Of a DNA stretch of 64,000 nt, positions 54,291 through 63,658 are shown in pieces. The position numbers were made by a program, and so were the translations under genes. A model generated the notes under the pieces. The model was given only the letters and a program-made list of their open reading frames with translations, was not told the DNA's origin and made no database searches. Numbering within the stretch: the first letter of the stretch is position 1; each line of letters starts with the position of its first letter. Source of the stretch: Treponemataceae bacterium (GTDB lineage: Bacteria; Spirochaetota; Spirochaetia; Treponematales; Rectinemataceae); the NCBI GenBank assembly GCA_963667725.2, contig CAXXHO010000005.1, positions 480,001 through 544,000 of the forward strand, read 5' to 3'.

Positions 54291-54453
54291 GTTAGAATTT
54301 TCACCCCAAAGCGCACTTTTTTATTCTCTTCTCTTTAGCTTTATTATCTTCTTCTCTTCGTCGTTTTTTATAGGCACGTAACATGCGAGAATAAGGGAAA
54401 GACGCACCGCTTCTCTTCCCTTTTCGAGCAGCTGAACAATAAATAATTCTAAC
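54291..54453. other. Gene-less cassette family B, copy 7
   Basis: Family B sequence. Confidence 0.9.
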
Positions 54454-54564
54454 ATTGGCTTAACCCTTAACGCCTGCTCCTGAGCGAAGCGAAGGATTGG
54501 CGTGGTTTTTGCATTGTTGTTCTGCAAAAACCATGACAAAAGGCGTTATAGGGTTGAAGCATTT

Positions 54565-55055
54565 GTTATATGCTTTTCTTTTATCAATAATCTTCTATGC
54601 TTTCGTTTTCTTAATTACTATTCAATTTTTTATTATAGTTTTCTATAATCTTATTTCTATTTATTCTCTTATTATCATATATTATTCATTTTTACTATAA
54701 TTTTCTTGAAGTAAACTTAAAATATTGAAGCGCTATACTTTTAGATCATGAAGAATACGAAAGCATCCTTCAATCGAAAGCCAGCTTTCATATTCGGCTG
54801 CTTTCGTATTCTTCAATATTCTTGTAAGTATTCTTATAATATTTTTGATTTTTTTAGTCTTCTATTATTTCTTTTAAATATTTATCGCAATAATAGAAAA
54901 TATGACACACTATCACAATGGAATCATAAAAAGGATTTCGAGGACCAAGGCACAAGATAAAATATAGTATTATCAAAGAGATCACTAAAAATCTTTTACC
55001 GATGCACTCAATCTTTGGTCTTTCTTGCGCGCCGCGTCAGCGGCGTCCATATAAC
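54565..55055. other. Unique gene-less cassette with 17-bp inverted repeat
   Basis: Ends GTTATATG/CATATAAC; IR at 54749-54765 and 54799-54815. Confidence 0.75.
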
Positions 55056-55190
55056 ATTTGTTTAACCTTTAAACCCGTCCCGAGCTACTGCGAGGGATTG
55101 GCGCGATTCTTGCAACACTCTAGTAAGCAGTAACATTCTACAGCGATATGCAAGAAGCGTGACAATAGGGTTTATAAGGTTGAAACGTTT

Positions 55191-55352
55191 GTTAGAATTT
55201 TCACCCCAAAGAGCACTTCTTTCTTCTCTTCTCTTTAACTTTTAATTTTCTTCTCTTCGTCGTTTTTTATAGGCACGTAACATGCGAGAATAAGGGAAAG
55301 ACGCATCGCTTCTCTTCCCTTTTCGAGCAGCTGAACAACTAATAATTCTAAC
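55191..55352. other. Gene-less cassette family B, copy 8
   Basis: Family B sequence. Confidence 0.9.
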
Positions 55353-55394
55353 ATTGGCTTAACCTTTAAAGCCTGGCCTGAGCGTAGCGAAGGA

Positions 55395-55437
55395 TTGGCA
55401 CGCTTTTTGCATTGTTGTTCTGCAAAAAGCGTGCCAA
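55395..55437. promoter_or_regulatory. Consensus sigma54 -24/-12 motif on both arms of attC (representative of the motif in almost all attC)
   Basis: TTGGCACGCTTTTTGCA on + (55395-55411) and on - (55421-55437). Confidence 0.55.
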
Positions 55438-55463
55438 AAGGCTTTATAAGGTTGAAGCATGTG

Positions 55464-56756
55464 TTAGGAAGTTACTATTTCATCAATTATTTCTTTTTCA
55501 CTATCTATTTTATCATAATCGCATTTAAATACTTCTTTATAAGCATCTTTAAATTCTTTTGTATCTCGAAATAATTCAAATAGTGGCCATTCATGATAAA
55601 ATATCTGTGGAAGTTCGTCTGTATTACCTATTTTTATCATTATTTTACTACTCAATACCCAATCTTTTTGAAGAACAGCTTTAGCAAGCAAAAACTTATC
55701 AGAACAATCAGACCAATCAAGCTTTTCTATCTGCTTCTTAACTTCTTCATCTTTATTTAATAAATAATATGTGATTATATTATTAATTGAAACAATCATG
55801 TCTTCAATTCTATTAAGCTTACTATAGATTTTTAAATACTTAATGAGATTCCTAACAATACTATAGTTTTTATATTCTAGGTTATCATATATATAAGTTA
55901 TCAATAGATTTTTACCAATTTCAATATTTTCAGGATGTAATTTTTTTATAATAAATGATGTAATTTTACCTGCTATTTCAATAAGTACAAATACACTATC
56001 GTAAAAATAGTCTGGATCGGTATACAATTCATCACCAATATTTGGACACTGTTTAAATGTAAATCCCTCTTGAATACAAGTATTTATATATTGACTAGTT
56101 ACAATACCATTAGTATGTACATATAAATTTCTTCTTTCTGTCAACTCAACAAATTTTGATATTAGCTCTTTATCATCTTTTATTGAACCGTTAATTTTTT
56201 TCGATATCCATTCTAATTGCTTAATATGGCTACCACGCATTACTGCATCAATTTCTTCATTTATTATTGCACTTTGATATTCTTCTATTGTTTTATATTT
56301 GATGAGCTCAGTATATGATATCTGCTTACATGAATCATTTAGCAAATTAGGTTTTAATGTTAGCATAAATTTAATTGTATCTGAAATATACTTATCAAAT
56401 TGACTTACAAGAGTAACAATTACACTCTTGTTAATTATACTGAACGCTCTATCATACTTGTCTTCATTATCTTGTAATATTTTGAACTTTTTTAAATAGA
56501 CTAAAGGTAACGCAAATTGCATACCATTATCATTCTCTTTAATATTGGTACATTTTTCTTTAATAAACTTCATCATATCTTTATGTGATTTTTGATGTTT
56601 TTCATTTATTGTCATTATCGTTATAGGTAATACATCTCTTAAAGTAATTGCATTATCTAAATATGTAGATAATATTTTGCTATACCCATTAATTGGACTG
56701 TCTGATTCTTGATTAGATTTCTCTTCTGGAACTTCTACACATTCTGAATTATCCAA
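55464..56756 (-). CDS. HEPN-motif protein with helical C-terminal region
   Basis: ERRNLYVHTNG RxxxxH motif; upstream LVSQFDKYISD helix. Confidence 0.65.
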   Translation of the reverse strand: MDNSECVEVPEEKSNQESDSPINGYSKILSTYLDNAITLRDVLPITIMTINEKHQKSHKDMMKFIKEKCTNIKENDNGMQFALPLVYLKKFKILQDNEDKYDRAFSIINKSVIVTLVSQFDKYISDTIKFMLTLKPNLLNDSCKQISYTELIKYKTIEEYQSAIINEEIDAVMRGSHIKQLEWISKKINGSIKDDKELISKFVELTERRNLYVHTNGIVTSQYINTCIQEGFTFKQCPNIGDELYTDPDYFYDSVFVLIEIAGKITSFIIKKLHPENIEIGKNLLITYIYDNLEYKNYSIVRNLIKYLKIYSKLNRIEDMIVSINNIITYYLLNKDEEVKKQIEKLDWSDCSDKFLLAKAVLQKDWVLSSKIMIKIGNTDELPQIFYHEWPLFELFRDTKEFKDAYKEVFKCDYDKIDSEKEIIDEIVTS

Positions 56757-56928
56757 TTTTTCCTCCTAATCTTCCTAACATTGGCTTAACCTTTAACGCT
56801 CGCTCCCGAGCGAAGCGAGGGATTGGCGCGCATCTTGCGTAAAGGAGCGACGCCACGATAGTGGCGAAGCGACGCGCAAGATGCGTGACAAAGAGCGTTA
56901 TAAGGTTGAAGCATGTGTTGGACAGTTC

Positions 56929-57513
56929 TTATTTAAATAATTCTTCAATTTTTATCCTATTCTCATATTCTTCAATATATTTCTCTATATTTTCTTCATT
57001 TATTGAATCATATATTTCAATAACGCTATTTTTACTTATATAGTATGGTTCATCTAAAAGCCCAAATGTTCTTTTCTCAAACATCCTTCCTTCGATAACA
57101 AGATAATGTTCATTTTCATTGACAGAATAAAATAGCATTTTAAAAATAATATTTTCTTTTATATATTCGTCATTATTTTTTTTCTTATATAATATCTTTG
57201 TATCAAAAATAGATTCTGGAATTTCTTTATATATCTCAACTTGATTTGTAACTGCTATTTCTTCCCAATTAAGATATTTTTCTAATACTGCCTTTAAATG
57301 CTTTATATCTTCTACTGTAAATTCTAAAAGCCCGTTATCATCGCCTAATAGAAAAGTCCCATCTTCATTATTAAATAAAAGTTCAATGTTTTGCATGATG
57401 AAGTTATTCTCAGTTTTTCTTTCTCCAGCAATTTCTAGTATTAATGAGTTATTTGCATAGATTGGTTGTACTGTCGATATTAAGAAATATAGCATTATTA
57501 TTGCTATAGTCAT
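56929..57513 (-). CDS. Secreted hypothetical protein
   Basis: Signal-peptide-like N-terminus; GGAGG RBS. Confidence 0.7.
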   Translation of the reverse strand: MTIAIIMLYFLISTVQPIYANNSLILEIAGERKTENNFIMQNIELLFNNEDGTFLLGDDNGLLEFTVEDIKHLKAVLEKYLNWEEIAVTNQVEIYKEIPESIFDTKILYKKKNNDEYIKENIIFKMLFYSVNENEHYLVIEGRMFEKRTFGLLDEPYYISKNSVIEIYDSINEENIEKYIEEYENRIKIEELFK

Positions 57514-57674
57514 TAATCCTCCAATTACAATGTATTATTTAACAATCCCTTAATCTGTCCAACATTGGCTTAACCTTTAAAGCCTGGCCCGAGCTACTGC
57601 GAGGGATTGGCGTGGTTTTTGCGTAATCTTCAAGCAAAAACCATGACAAAAGGCTTTATAAGGTTGAAGCTTTT

Positions 57675-57837
57675 GTTAGAATTTTCACCCCAAAGCGCAC
57701 TTCTTTCTTCTCTTCTCTTTACCTTATCTATTTTCTTCTCTTCGTCGTTTTTTATATGCACGTATCATGCGAGAATAAGGGAAAGACGCACCGCTTCTCT
57801 TCCCTTTTCGAGCAGTATAACATTTAATAATTCTAAC
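57675..57837. other. Gene-less cassette family B, copy 9
   Basis: Family B sequence. Confidence 0.9.
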
Positions 57838-57948
57838 ATTGGCTTAACCCTTAACGCCTGTTCCCGAGCGAAGCGAGGGATTGGCGTGGTTTTTGCGTCA
57901 TCTTCTCGCAAAAATCATGACAAAAGGCGTTATAGGGTTGAAGCTTTT

Positions 57949-58111
57949 GTTAGAATTTTCATCCCAAAGCGCACTTCTTTCTTCTCTTCTCTTTAACATC
58001 TCTATTTTCTTCTCTTCGTCGTTTTTTATATGCACGTAACATGCGAGAATAAGGGAAAGACGCACCGCTTCTCTTCCCTTTTCGAGCAGCTGAACAACAA
58101 ATAATTCTAAC
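57949..58111. other. Gene-less cassette family B, copy 10 (tandem with copy 9)
   Basis: Family B sequence. Confidence 0.9.
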
Positions 58112-58222
58112 ATTGGCTTAACCTTTAAAGCCTGGCCTGAGCGAAGCGAAGGATTGGCGTGGTTTTTGCGTCATCTTCTCGCAAAAACCATGACAAAAGG
58201 CTTTATAAGGTTGAAGCGTTTG

Positions 58223-58720
58223 TTAGATTCTTTTCACATATTCATATGCTACTTTTTCATATCCGTATTTTTGGAAAAACTGATGAGCTTTTATATTATT
58301 GATTGAACTTGCTAAACCGATCTTTGATATATTATTTTCTTTAGCAAATCTTTCTATAAACTTTATCATCTCATTTCCAATACCTTTTCTACGATATTTA
58401 TCAGCAGTAACGATATCAGATATTTCAATATATTTTTCATCTTTATTTATTTTAATTATTGCAATTGTAATCGTTTCATTAATTCCACTAAAAAATGCTT
58501 TAATTACCCTAATATTATTTTCTTCCTTAACTAATGTTTTTATTAAAGATTCAGAAAAATCTTTCTTCCATTCAAATTTATCATTTATTCGGCCTTCTGC
58601 AATATCTAATAAAGTATAATAGTCTTTACATGTTGTGGATTTTATAAAATTAGAACAATTGTATAGCTCATTTAAATTATGGCTATCTATAAACTCCACT
58701 ACAATAGAATTATTTTCCAT
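58223..58720 (-). CDS. GNAT N-acetyltransferase
   Basis: YRRKGIGNEM, NIKAHQFFQKYGY. Confidence 0.88.
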   Translation of the reverse strand: MENNSIVVEFIDSHNLNELYNCSNFIKSTTCKDYYTLLDIAEGRINDKFEWKKDFSESLIKTLVKEENNIRVIKAFFSGINETITIAIIKINKDEKYIEISDIVTADKYRRKGIGNEMIKFIERFAKENNISKIGLASSINNIKAHQFFQKYGYEKVAYEYVKRI

Positions 58721-59010
58721 ATTTATTACCCTAGTTGTCGAATGTTGAAGTAAAACAAACTATTAGTACATTTTTTTTTACACATTTCTTATAAATGAAT
58801 CTAACATTAGCTTAACCTTTAAATCCTTGCCTGAGCTACTGCGAAGGCTTGGCGTGGTTTGTGCATTGTTGTTCTGCACAAACCATGCCAAAGGATTTAT
58901 AAGGTTGAAGCAGTTGTTAGGTTTTTAATATATGCTAAATATGAATAAATAGATTATTTGTGTAATAAATATATTTTTTTTTAACCTTTATTATAATTTA
59001 TTAGCTATCT

Positions 59011-60300
59011 TTACAAATTTAACATTTTATCTTTTAGATAGGAAGGATTCCAAAATTCTTTTTCAAAGTATCTTTTTACTTCTTCTTGTTTTTCTTGCAT
59101 ATAATTTAAAATATTTTTTGAATTATCTTTTAAGATAGCATAAATTGCCCTATCTATAAGTCCCCTTTTACAATAATCTTGAAATATTTTATCTATTTCT
59201 TCTAGATTTAATCTTTTTCTATATGGCCTATCTTCTGCTAAAGCGGTAAATATATCTGCAATTCCCATTACTCTTGCTCCAGTATTTAGTCTTTCTGCTT
59301 TAATATGAAATGGATATCCCGAACCATCTAGTCGCTCATGATGAAAAGCAGCCCATTCAGAAATTCTTCTTATCCCATCACTTAGAGAATTTATAATACT
59401 ATATGTATAATATGTATGTTGACGCATAATAGCCATTTCTTGATTAGTAAGTGGTCCAGGCTTATTTAGAATTGAATTAGGTACTACAAGCTTACCAATA
59501 TCATGAAAATTACCTGCAACTTTCATGAGCTTTATCTCTGATTCCGCATATCCAGAATACATAGCAATTTGAGAAGCGACAGATGCTACTCCTGTTGAAT
59601 GCGTAGCTGTAAATGGAGATCTAAAATCTATTATGTTCCTAAATAGCACTGAAATATCTATTGCTGACTGCGTATCAATATTTATATTTCGAACAGGGGC
59701 AGTGTTTTGAAGCAATGAATAAAGCTTTATTGATACAATATCCAACCAAAAATCTTCTCTAATAGCTAAATCTGTAAAGACATTCACCAAATATGGGTTT
59801 ATCTCGGTTCCAGACATCTTTTTAATTCTATCAACAATATCTCTATTTTGATATAAAATATATACTTTCCTATCAATTGATCTTTCAACTGTATCTGCTA
59901 ATTTTAGTATTTGCGCATAATACAAATTTGATCTTTGATCATTGCTATTGCCTAATTCCCATGAAATATGATGATATAATACAATTTTAGATAATGGTAT
60001 AAATAGCGGAAGTGTACTTAACAATCGTTCCCCTAATACACAATGCCTATTAACATACTTTTCTTTCCCCATATAGATAGCCACTTTTTCTTCTGAGGAA
60101 AGAGCACCAATATCATGTAACAATGCAGCAATAAATAGATTTTCTTTTTCTTTTTCATCCAGATTTAGTTGTTGTGCTAATTCCATAACAATGAAAGCTG
60201 TTCTTATTTGATGCTGTGATAAATCTGGACTAGCTAAATCCAGTGCATCTGATAAAGCTAATAGAATATTTGCAAGACTCACTTTGGTGTTTAAGTACAT
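59011..60300 (-). CDS. Tandem HD / HD-GYP phosphodiesterase
   Basis: LLHDIG, FHDIGK, HHERLDGSGYP, ADIFTAL.EDRPYR. Confidence 0.92.
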   Translation of the reverse strand: MYLNTKVSLANILLALSDALDLASPDLSQHQIRTAFIVMELAQQLNLDEKEKENLFIAALLHDIGALSSEEKVAIYMGKEKYVNRHCVLGERLLSTLPLFIPLSKIVLYHHISWELGNSNDQRSNLYYAQILKLADTVERSIDRKVYILYQNRDIVDRIKKMSGTEINPYLVNVFTDLAIREDFWLDIVSIKLYSLLQNTAPVRNINIDTQSAIDISVLFRNIIDFRSPFTATHSTGVASVASQIAMYSGYAESEIKLMKVAGNFHDIGKLVVPNSILNKPGPLTNQEMAIMRQHTYYTYSIINSLSDGIRRISEWAAFHHERLDGSGYPFHIKAERLNTGARVMGIADIFTALAEDRPYRKRLNLEEIDKIFQDYCKRGLIDRAIYAILKDNSKNILNYMQEKQEEVKRYFEKEFWNPSYLKDKMLNL

Positions 60301-60537
60301 CTATTACCTCTTTATCAATAATTGTTTAAGGTTTAATAGTAAATCTATGTGTTAACTAACATATAGTGATTTAGCTGTTAGCATAATTGCTAAACCCCAT
60401 TTTTTATAATTTTAATAAACCTAACGTTGGCTTAACCTTTAACGCTCGCTCCCGAGCATAGCGAGGGATTGGCGTGGTTTGTGCATTGTTGTTCTGCACA
60501 AACCATGACAAAGAGCGTTATAAGGTTGAAGCAGCTG

Positions 60538-61176
60538 TTAGGTTTGCGTTTTTCTATTTCTTAACACTATTTCCCATACATTTTTAGGTTTTTTATATCT
60601 ACTTACAATATTCTCTTCCATAGTAATTATTTCCCAATTATCATCAATAATTCTATCAATATCATCTTTTTCAAAGAAACGTTTTTTCTCCCCTAAATAC
60701 CTATAGTAATTTTTCTCAATCTCTTTGCCCTTTCCAGCTCCCCAATTACTATCTTTTATTGAGTTAACCCTAAAAGCAAAGAGTCCATCATTTTCTAATA
60801 CTCTACATATTTCACAAAATATCTCTTTTGTCTTTTCCCAAGAGAAATAATGCAATGATAAGTCTGCTATTACTGCACGAAAACTATTGTCAGTAAATGG
60901 TAATGGATCTCTTATATCATGTAGTACAGTATGTGCTTTAGGTAAATACTTACTTATCTTCTTTAATGAAACTGCAGAATAGTCACAGGATACTATACTA
61001 ATTCCTTTCTCAAGCAGATATTTTGTATTATTTCCTGATCCACATCCTAAATCTAAAACAGGTTTCTCATTTATTTTTAATTGGCCCATATACTTATCAA
61101 GCCACAAGTCATATACAATCTCATTATTCATCGATTCGGAGAATAGGAAATCCCATTTTACTTTAGTTGCATCCAT
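60538..61176 (-). CDS. Class I SAM-dependent methyltransferase
   Basis: VLDLGCGSG, ADLSLHYF. Confidence 0.9.
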   Translation of the reverse strand: MDATKVKWDFLFSESMNNEIVYDLWLDKYMGQLKINEKPVLDLGCGSGNNTKYLLEKGISIVSCDYSAVSLKKISKYLPKAHTVLHDIRDPLPFTDNSFRAVIADLSLHYFSWEKTKEIFCEICRVLENDGLFAFRVNSIKDSNWGAGKGKEIEKNYYRYLGEKKRFFEKDDIDRIIDDNWEIITMEENIVSRYKKPKNVWEIVLRNRKTQT

Positions 61177-61333
61177 AAAACCTCATAATTGATATACTTA
61201 GCTAAACCTAACATTGGCTTAACCTTTAAATCCGTGCCTGAGCGAAGCGAGGGCTTGGCGTGGTTCTTGCGCAATCTTCTCGCAAGAACCATGACAAAGG
61301 ATTTATAAGGTTGAAGCATGTGTTAGAGGTTTC

Positions 61334-62140
61334 TTACTTTTTATCATGCAACATATGTTCTTTAAAAAACTCAATGATGTATGATAAGGATTCTTCAGGT
61401 ATTTCATGTCCAGAATTGTTGATATACGTCTTAACTGGAGCATCTATTATTGAATCATACTCGTTTACATTATTATTAATGATTCTTCCTACTCCACATT
61501 TATTAATATTAAGTACTATATTTGCCATTTCCATTTGCCATGAAAACTTAACAAGTGGATCTTTTCTTCCTGCCACAAGAAATACTGGTTTTGGTTCTAG
61601 TTTGTTTCTATCTTCCTTTGATGGTAGTATTCCAGCTATTGGAGCGACTGCGGCAAGCACATTACCTCTCGCTGCCCATAATACATAGGTAAAAACAGCT
61701 CCATTAGAAAAGCCAATAGAGTATATTCTAGTTTTATCTACTGAGTAATTACTATTAAGATATTGAAATAGTTTATCGAAAAACTCGATATCTCTTCCAT
61801 TTTGATCATCTACAGAACTTTGCCAACCTGGAAATTTGCCTTCCGGGTCAACGAGATTTGTGGGTGTATTTAATCCTTGTGGATAAACAACTATTGCCTC
61901 AGGCCAAAACTTTTCTATATGAAAGCGCAAAGCTGCTGATTTCATTGAACCGCCGTGGCCATGAAAAGCAAACACGATAGGATGCAAAGCATTATTTATG
62001 TTTGATGGAATATAGATTTCTGCATTTCTAATAATTCCATTAACTTCAATAGACACAGATTCTAATCCGAACACAGGAAACAAAAACAATATTTCTAATA
62101 AAAAGAATAGTAAAGCTTTTCGCTGCCATCTCATTTGCAT
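61334..62140 (-). CDS. Secreted alpha/beta hydrolase (PHB depolymerase/LpqC-like esterase)
   Basis: FHGHGG, GFSNG, G.KDPLV, GH; the track N-terminus is attC read-through. Confidence 0.85.
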   Translation of the reverse strand: MQMRWQRKALLFFLLEILFLFPVFGLESVSIEVNGIIRNAEIYIPSNINNALHPIVFAFHGHGGSMKSAALRFHIEKFWPEAIVVYPQGLNTPTNLVDPEGKFPGWQSSVDDQNGRDIEFFDKLFQYLNSNYSVDKTRIYSIGFSNGAVFTYVLWAARGNVLAAVAPIAGILPSKEDRNKLEPKPVFLVAGRKDPLVKFSWQMEMANIVLNINKCGVGRIINNNVNEYDSIIDAPVKTYINNSGHEIPEESLSYIIEFFKEHMLHDKK

Positions 62141-62292
62141 GTCCTTTACTATATTTGCAGCTAATACCTCTAACATTGGCTTAACCTTTAAATCCGCGCC
62201 TGAGCTACTGCGAAGGCTTGGCGTGGTTTGTGCATGGGGTTTCTGCACAAACCATGACAAAGGATTTATAAGGTTGAAGCAGGTGTTAGGCG

Positions 62293-62844
62293 CTATTTTC
62301 TTAATTTAAATTCAAAGCCAAATTTTACTTCTAATGCTAAAATTTCCTTTTTAACCTCTTTTGCTTTTTCTTTTATATCCAAATCAATTAGTATTTTATC
62401 AATTTTACTAATTAATATTTCTAATTCATTTAATGGCATATCATTAGCAACAAGGCAGTATAATCCTTTCGATTTTCCATCATTATACTTTTCTAATAAT
62501 ATCTTTAAATACTTTTGTCTTTTACCTAAATCGGTTTCATATTTTTTAATATCATTTTTTGCTTCTATAAAATTCTGTTTTACACTTCTATATGATATAA
62601 ATGAATCACATTTGCTTTCTTCTTGATATTTTTTACATGGGTATTCACTGCATTGAAAACAATATTCCACATTATCATGTTTTCTATTGCATGTTTCTAC
62701 TGCACAAGTTGGATGCTGAGTTGAAAAGTTTTCTCCGCCACAGCCTGGACATTTCGAACTTCCATCAGTATTAAATCTTGGGCACAAACTGCAATTTAAT
62801 CCACAAAGAGAAAACAAAGGATTTTTTCGTATAAAAGGTATCAT
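62293..62844 (-). CDS. DUF3795-type Cys-rich protein, copy 2
   Basis: One amino acid difference from 51689. Confidence 0.8.
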   Translation of the reverse strand: MIPFIRKNPLFSLCGLNCSLCPRFNTDGSSKCPGCGGENFSTQHPTCAVETCNRKHDNVEYCFQCSEYPCKKYQEESKCDSFISYRSVKQNFIEAKNDIKKYETDLGKRQKYLKILLEKYNDGKSKGLYCLVANDMPLNELEILISKIDKILIDLDIKEKAKEVKKEILALEVKFGFEFKLRK

Positions 62845-63116
62845 CTCTACTCCAGACAAAGCATAATGCCTATTCAGTCTTTATTTATCTTTGCGCGCGA
62901 AGCGCGTCCGCCTAACATTGGCTTAACCCTTAACGCCTGCTCCTGAGCGAAGCGAAGGATTGGCGTGGTTTGTGCATTGTTGTTCTGCACAAACCATGAC
63001 AAAAGGCGTTATAGGGTTGAAGCATTTGTTAGAAATCTTCCCCTTATCTCTTTAGGTCTTAATTATTGTCTTTAATAAATCTCTTATTCTTTCTTAATTT
63101 TCTTAGAATCTTCTCT

Positions 63117-63467
63117 TTATTCAAAAATATCTTCTTTATTCTCGTATTTAATATAGTCTTCTCTTCTTGGGCTAAAGACTTCTATAGCTACTGAATCCTC
63201 AAGTATTTCAGCTTTATGATTAGCATTTGACAAAATTGTCCAACTATCACCAGGATGTAATACTTTAGATTTCCCATCAATAAAGAGCCTAATGCTACCT
63301 TTTACAAGATATCCAGTTTGTTCATTTATATGCTTATGTTCGGGAAGTGAAGAACCTTTTTGGAGTAAGAATTCAACAAGTAATGAATTTTCTCCATAGC
63401 TAAGAGTCTTAATGCTTATACCATGGATGATTTCTTTGTATCCATTTCTCGATGCAATGCCGAACAT
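63117..63467 (-). CDS. Cupin domain protein (copy 3)
   Basis: Paralogue of 10326. Confidence 0.9.
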   Translation of the reverse strand: MFGIASRNGYKEIIHGISIKTLSYGENSLLVEFLLQKGSSLPEHKHINEQTGYLVKGSIRLFIDGKSKVLHPGDSWTILSNANHKAEILEDSVAIEVFSPRREDYIKYENKEDIFE

Positions 63468-63658
63468 ATGCTTTTCTCCATCATGTTGATTAATAATTAC
63501 TGCAATGAACTATAAATATTCTTCCTGCGCGGGAGCGTCTTTCTAACATTGGCTTAACCCTTAACGCCTGTTCCCGAGCGAAGCGAGGGATTGGCGTGGT
63601 TTTTGCGTTATCTTCTCGCAAAAATCATGACAAAAGGCGTTATAGGGTTGAAGCTTTT

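Noticed and set aside
54748..54960. 70-aa + strand ORF in the gene-less cassette
   Set aside because: No RBS or recognisable motif, and it overlaps a perfect inverted repeat; treated as non-coding.
1337..58619. Short + strand ORFs overlapping minus-strand genes (e.g. 1337, 1999, 5823, 12747, 39027, 47271, 58299)
   Set aside because: Antisense shadows of well-supported genes.
4545..61688. Recurrent + strand ORFs starting MAWFL/MARIL/MVCAL (e.g. 8561, 18377, 28719, 36084, 57607)
   Set aside because: Translations of the attC bottom strand running antisense into genes; no RBS, variable ends.
10876..62260. N-terminal extensions MSWF...RVKPML on several ORFs
   Set aside because: attC read-through from a TTG; each gene has a better ATG with RBS inside the cassette.
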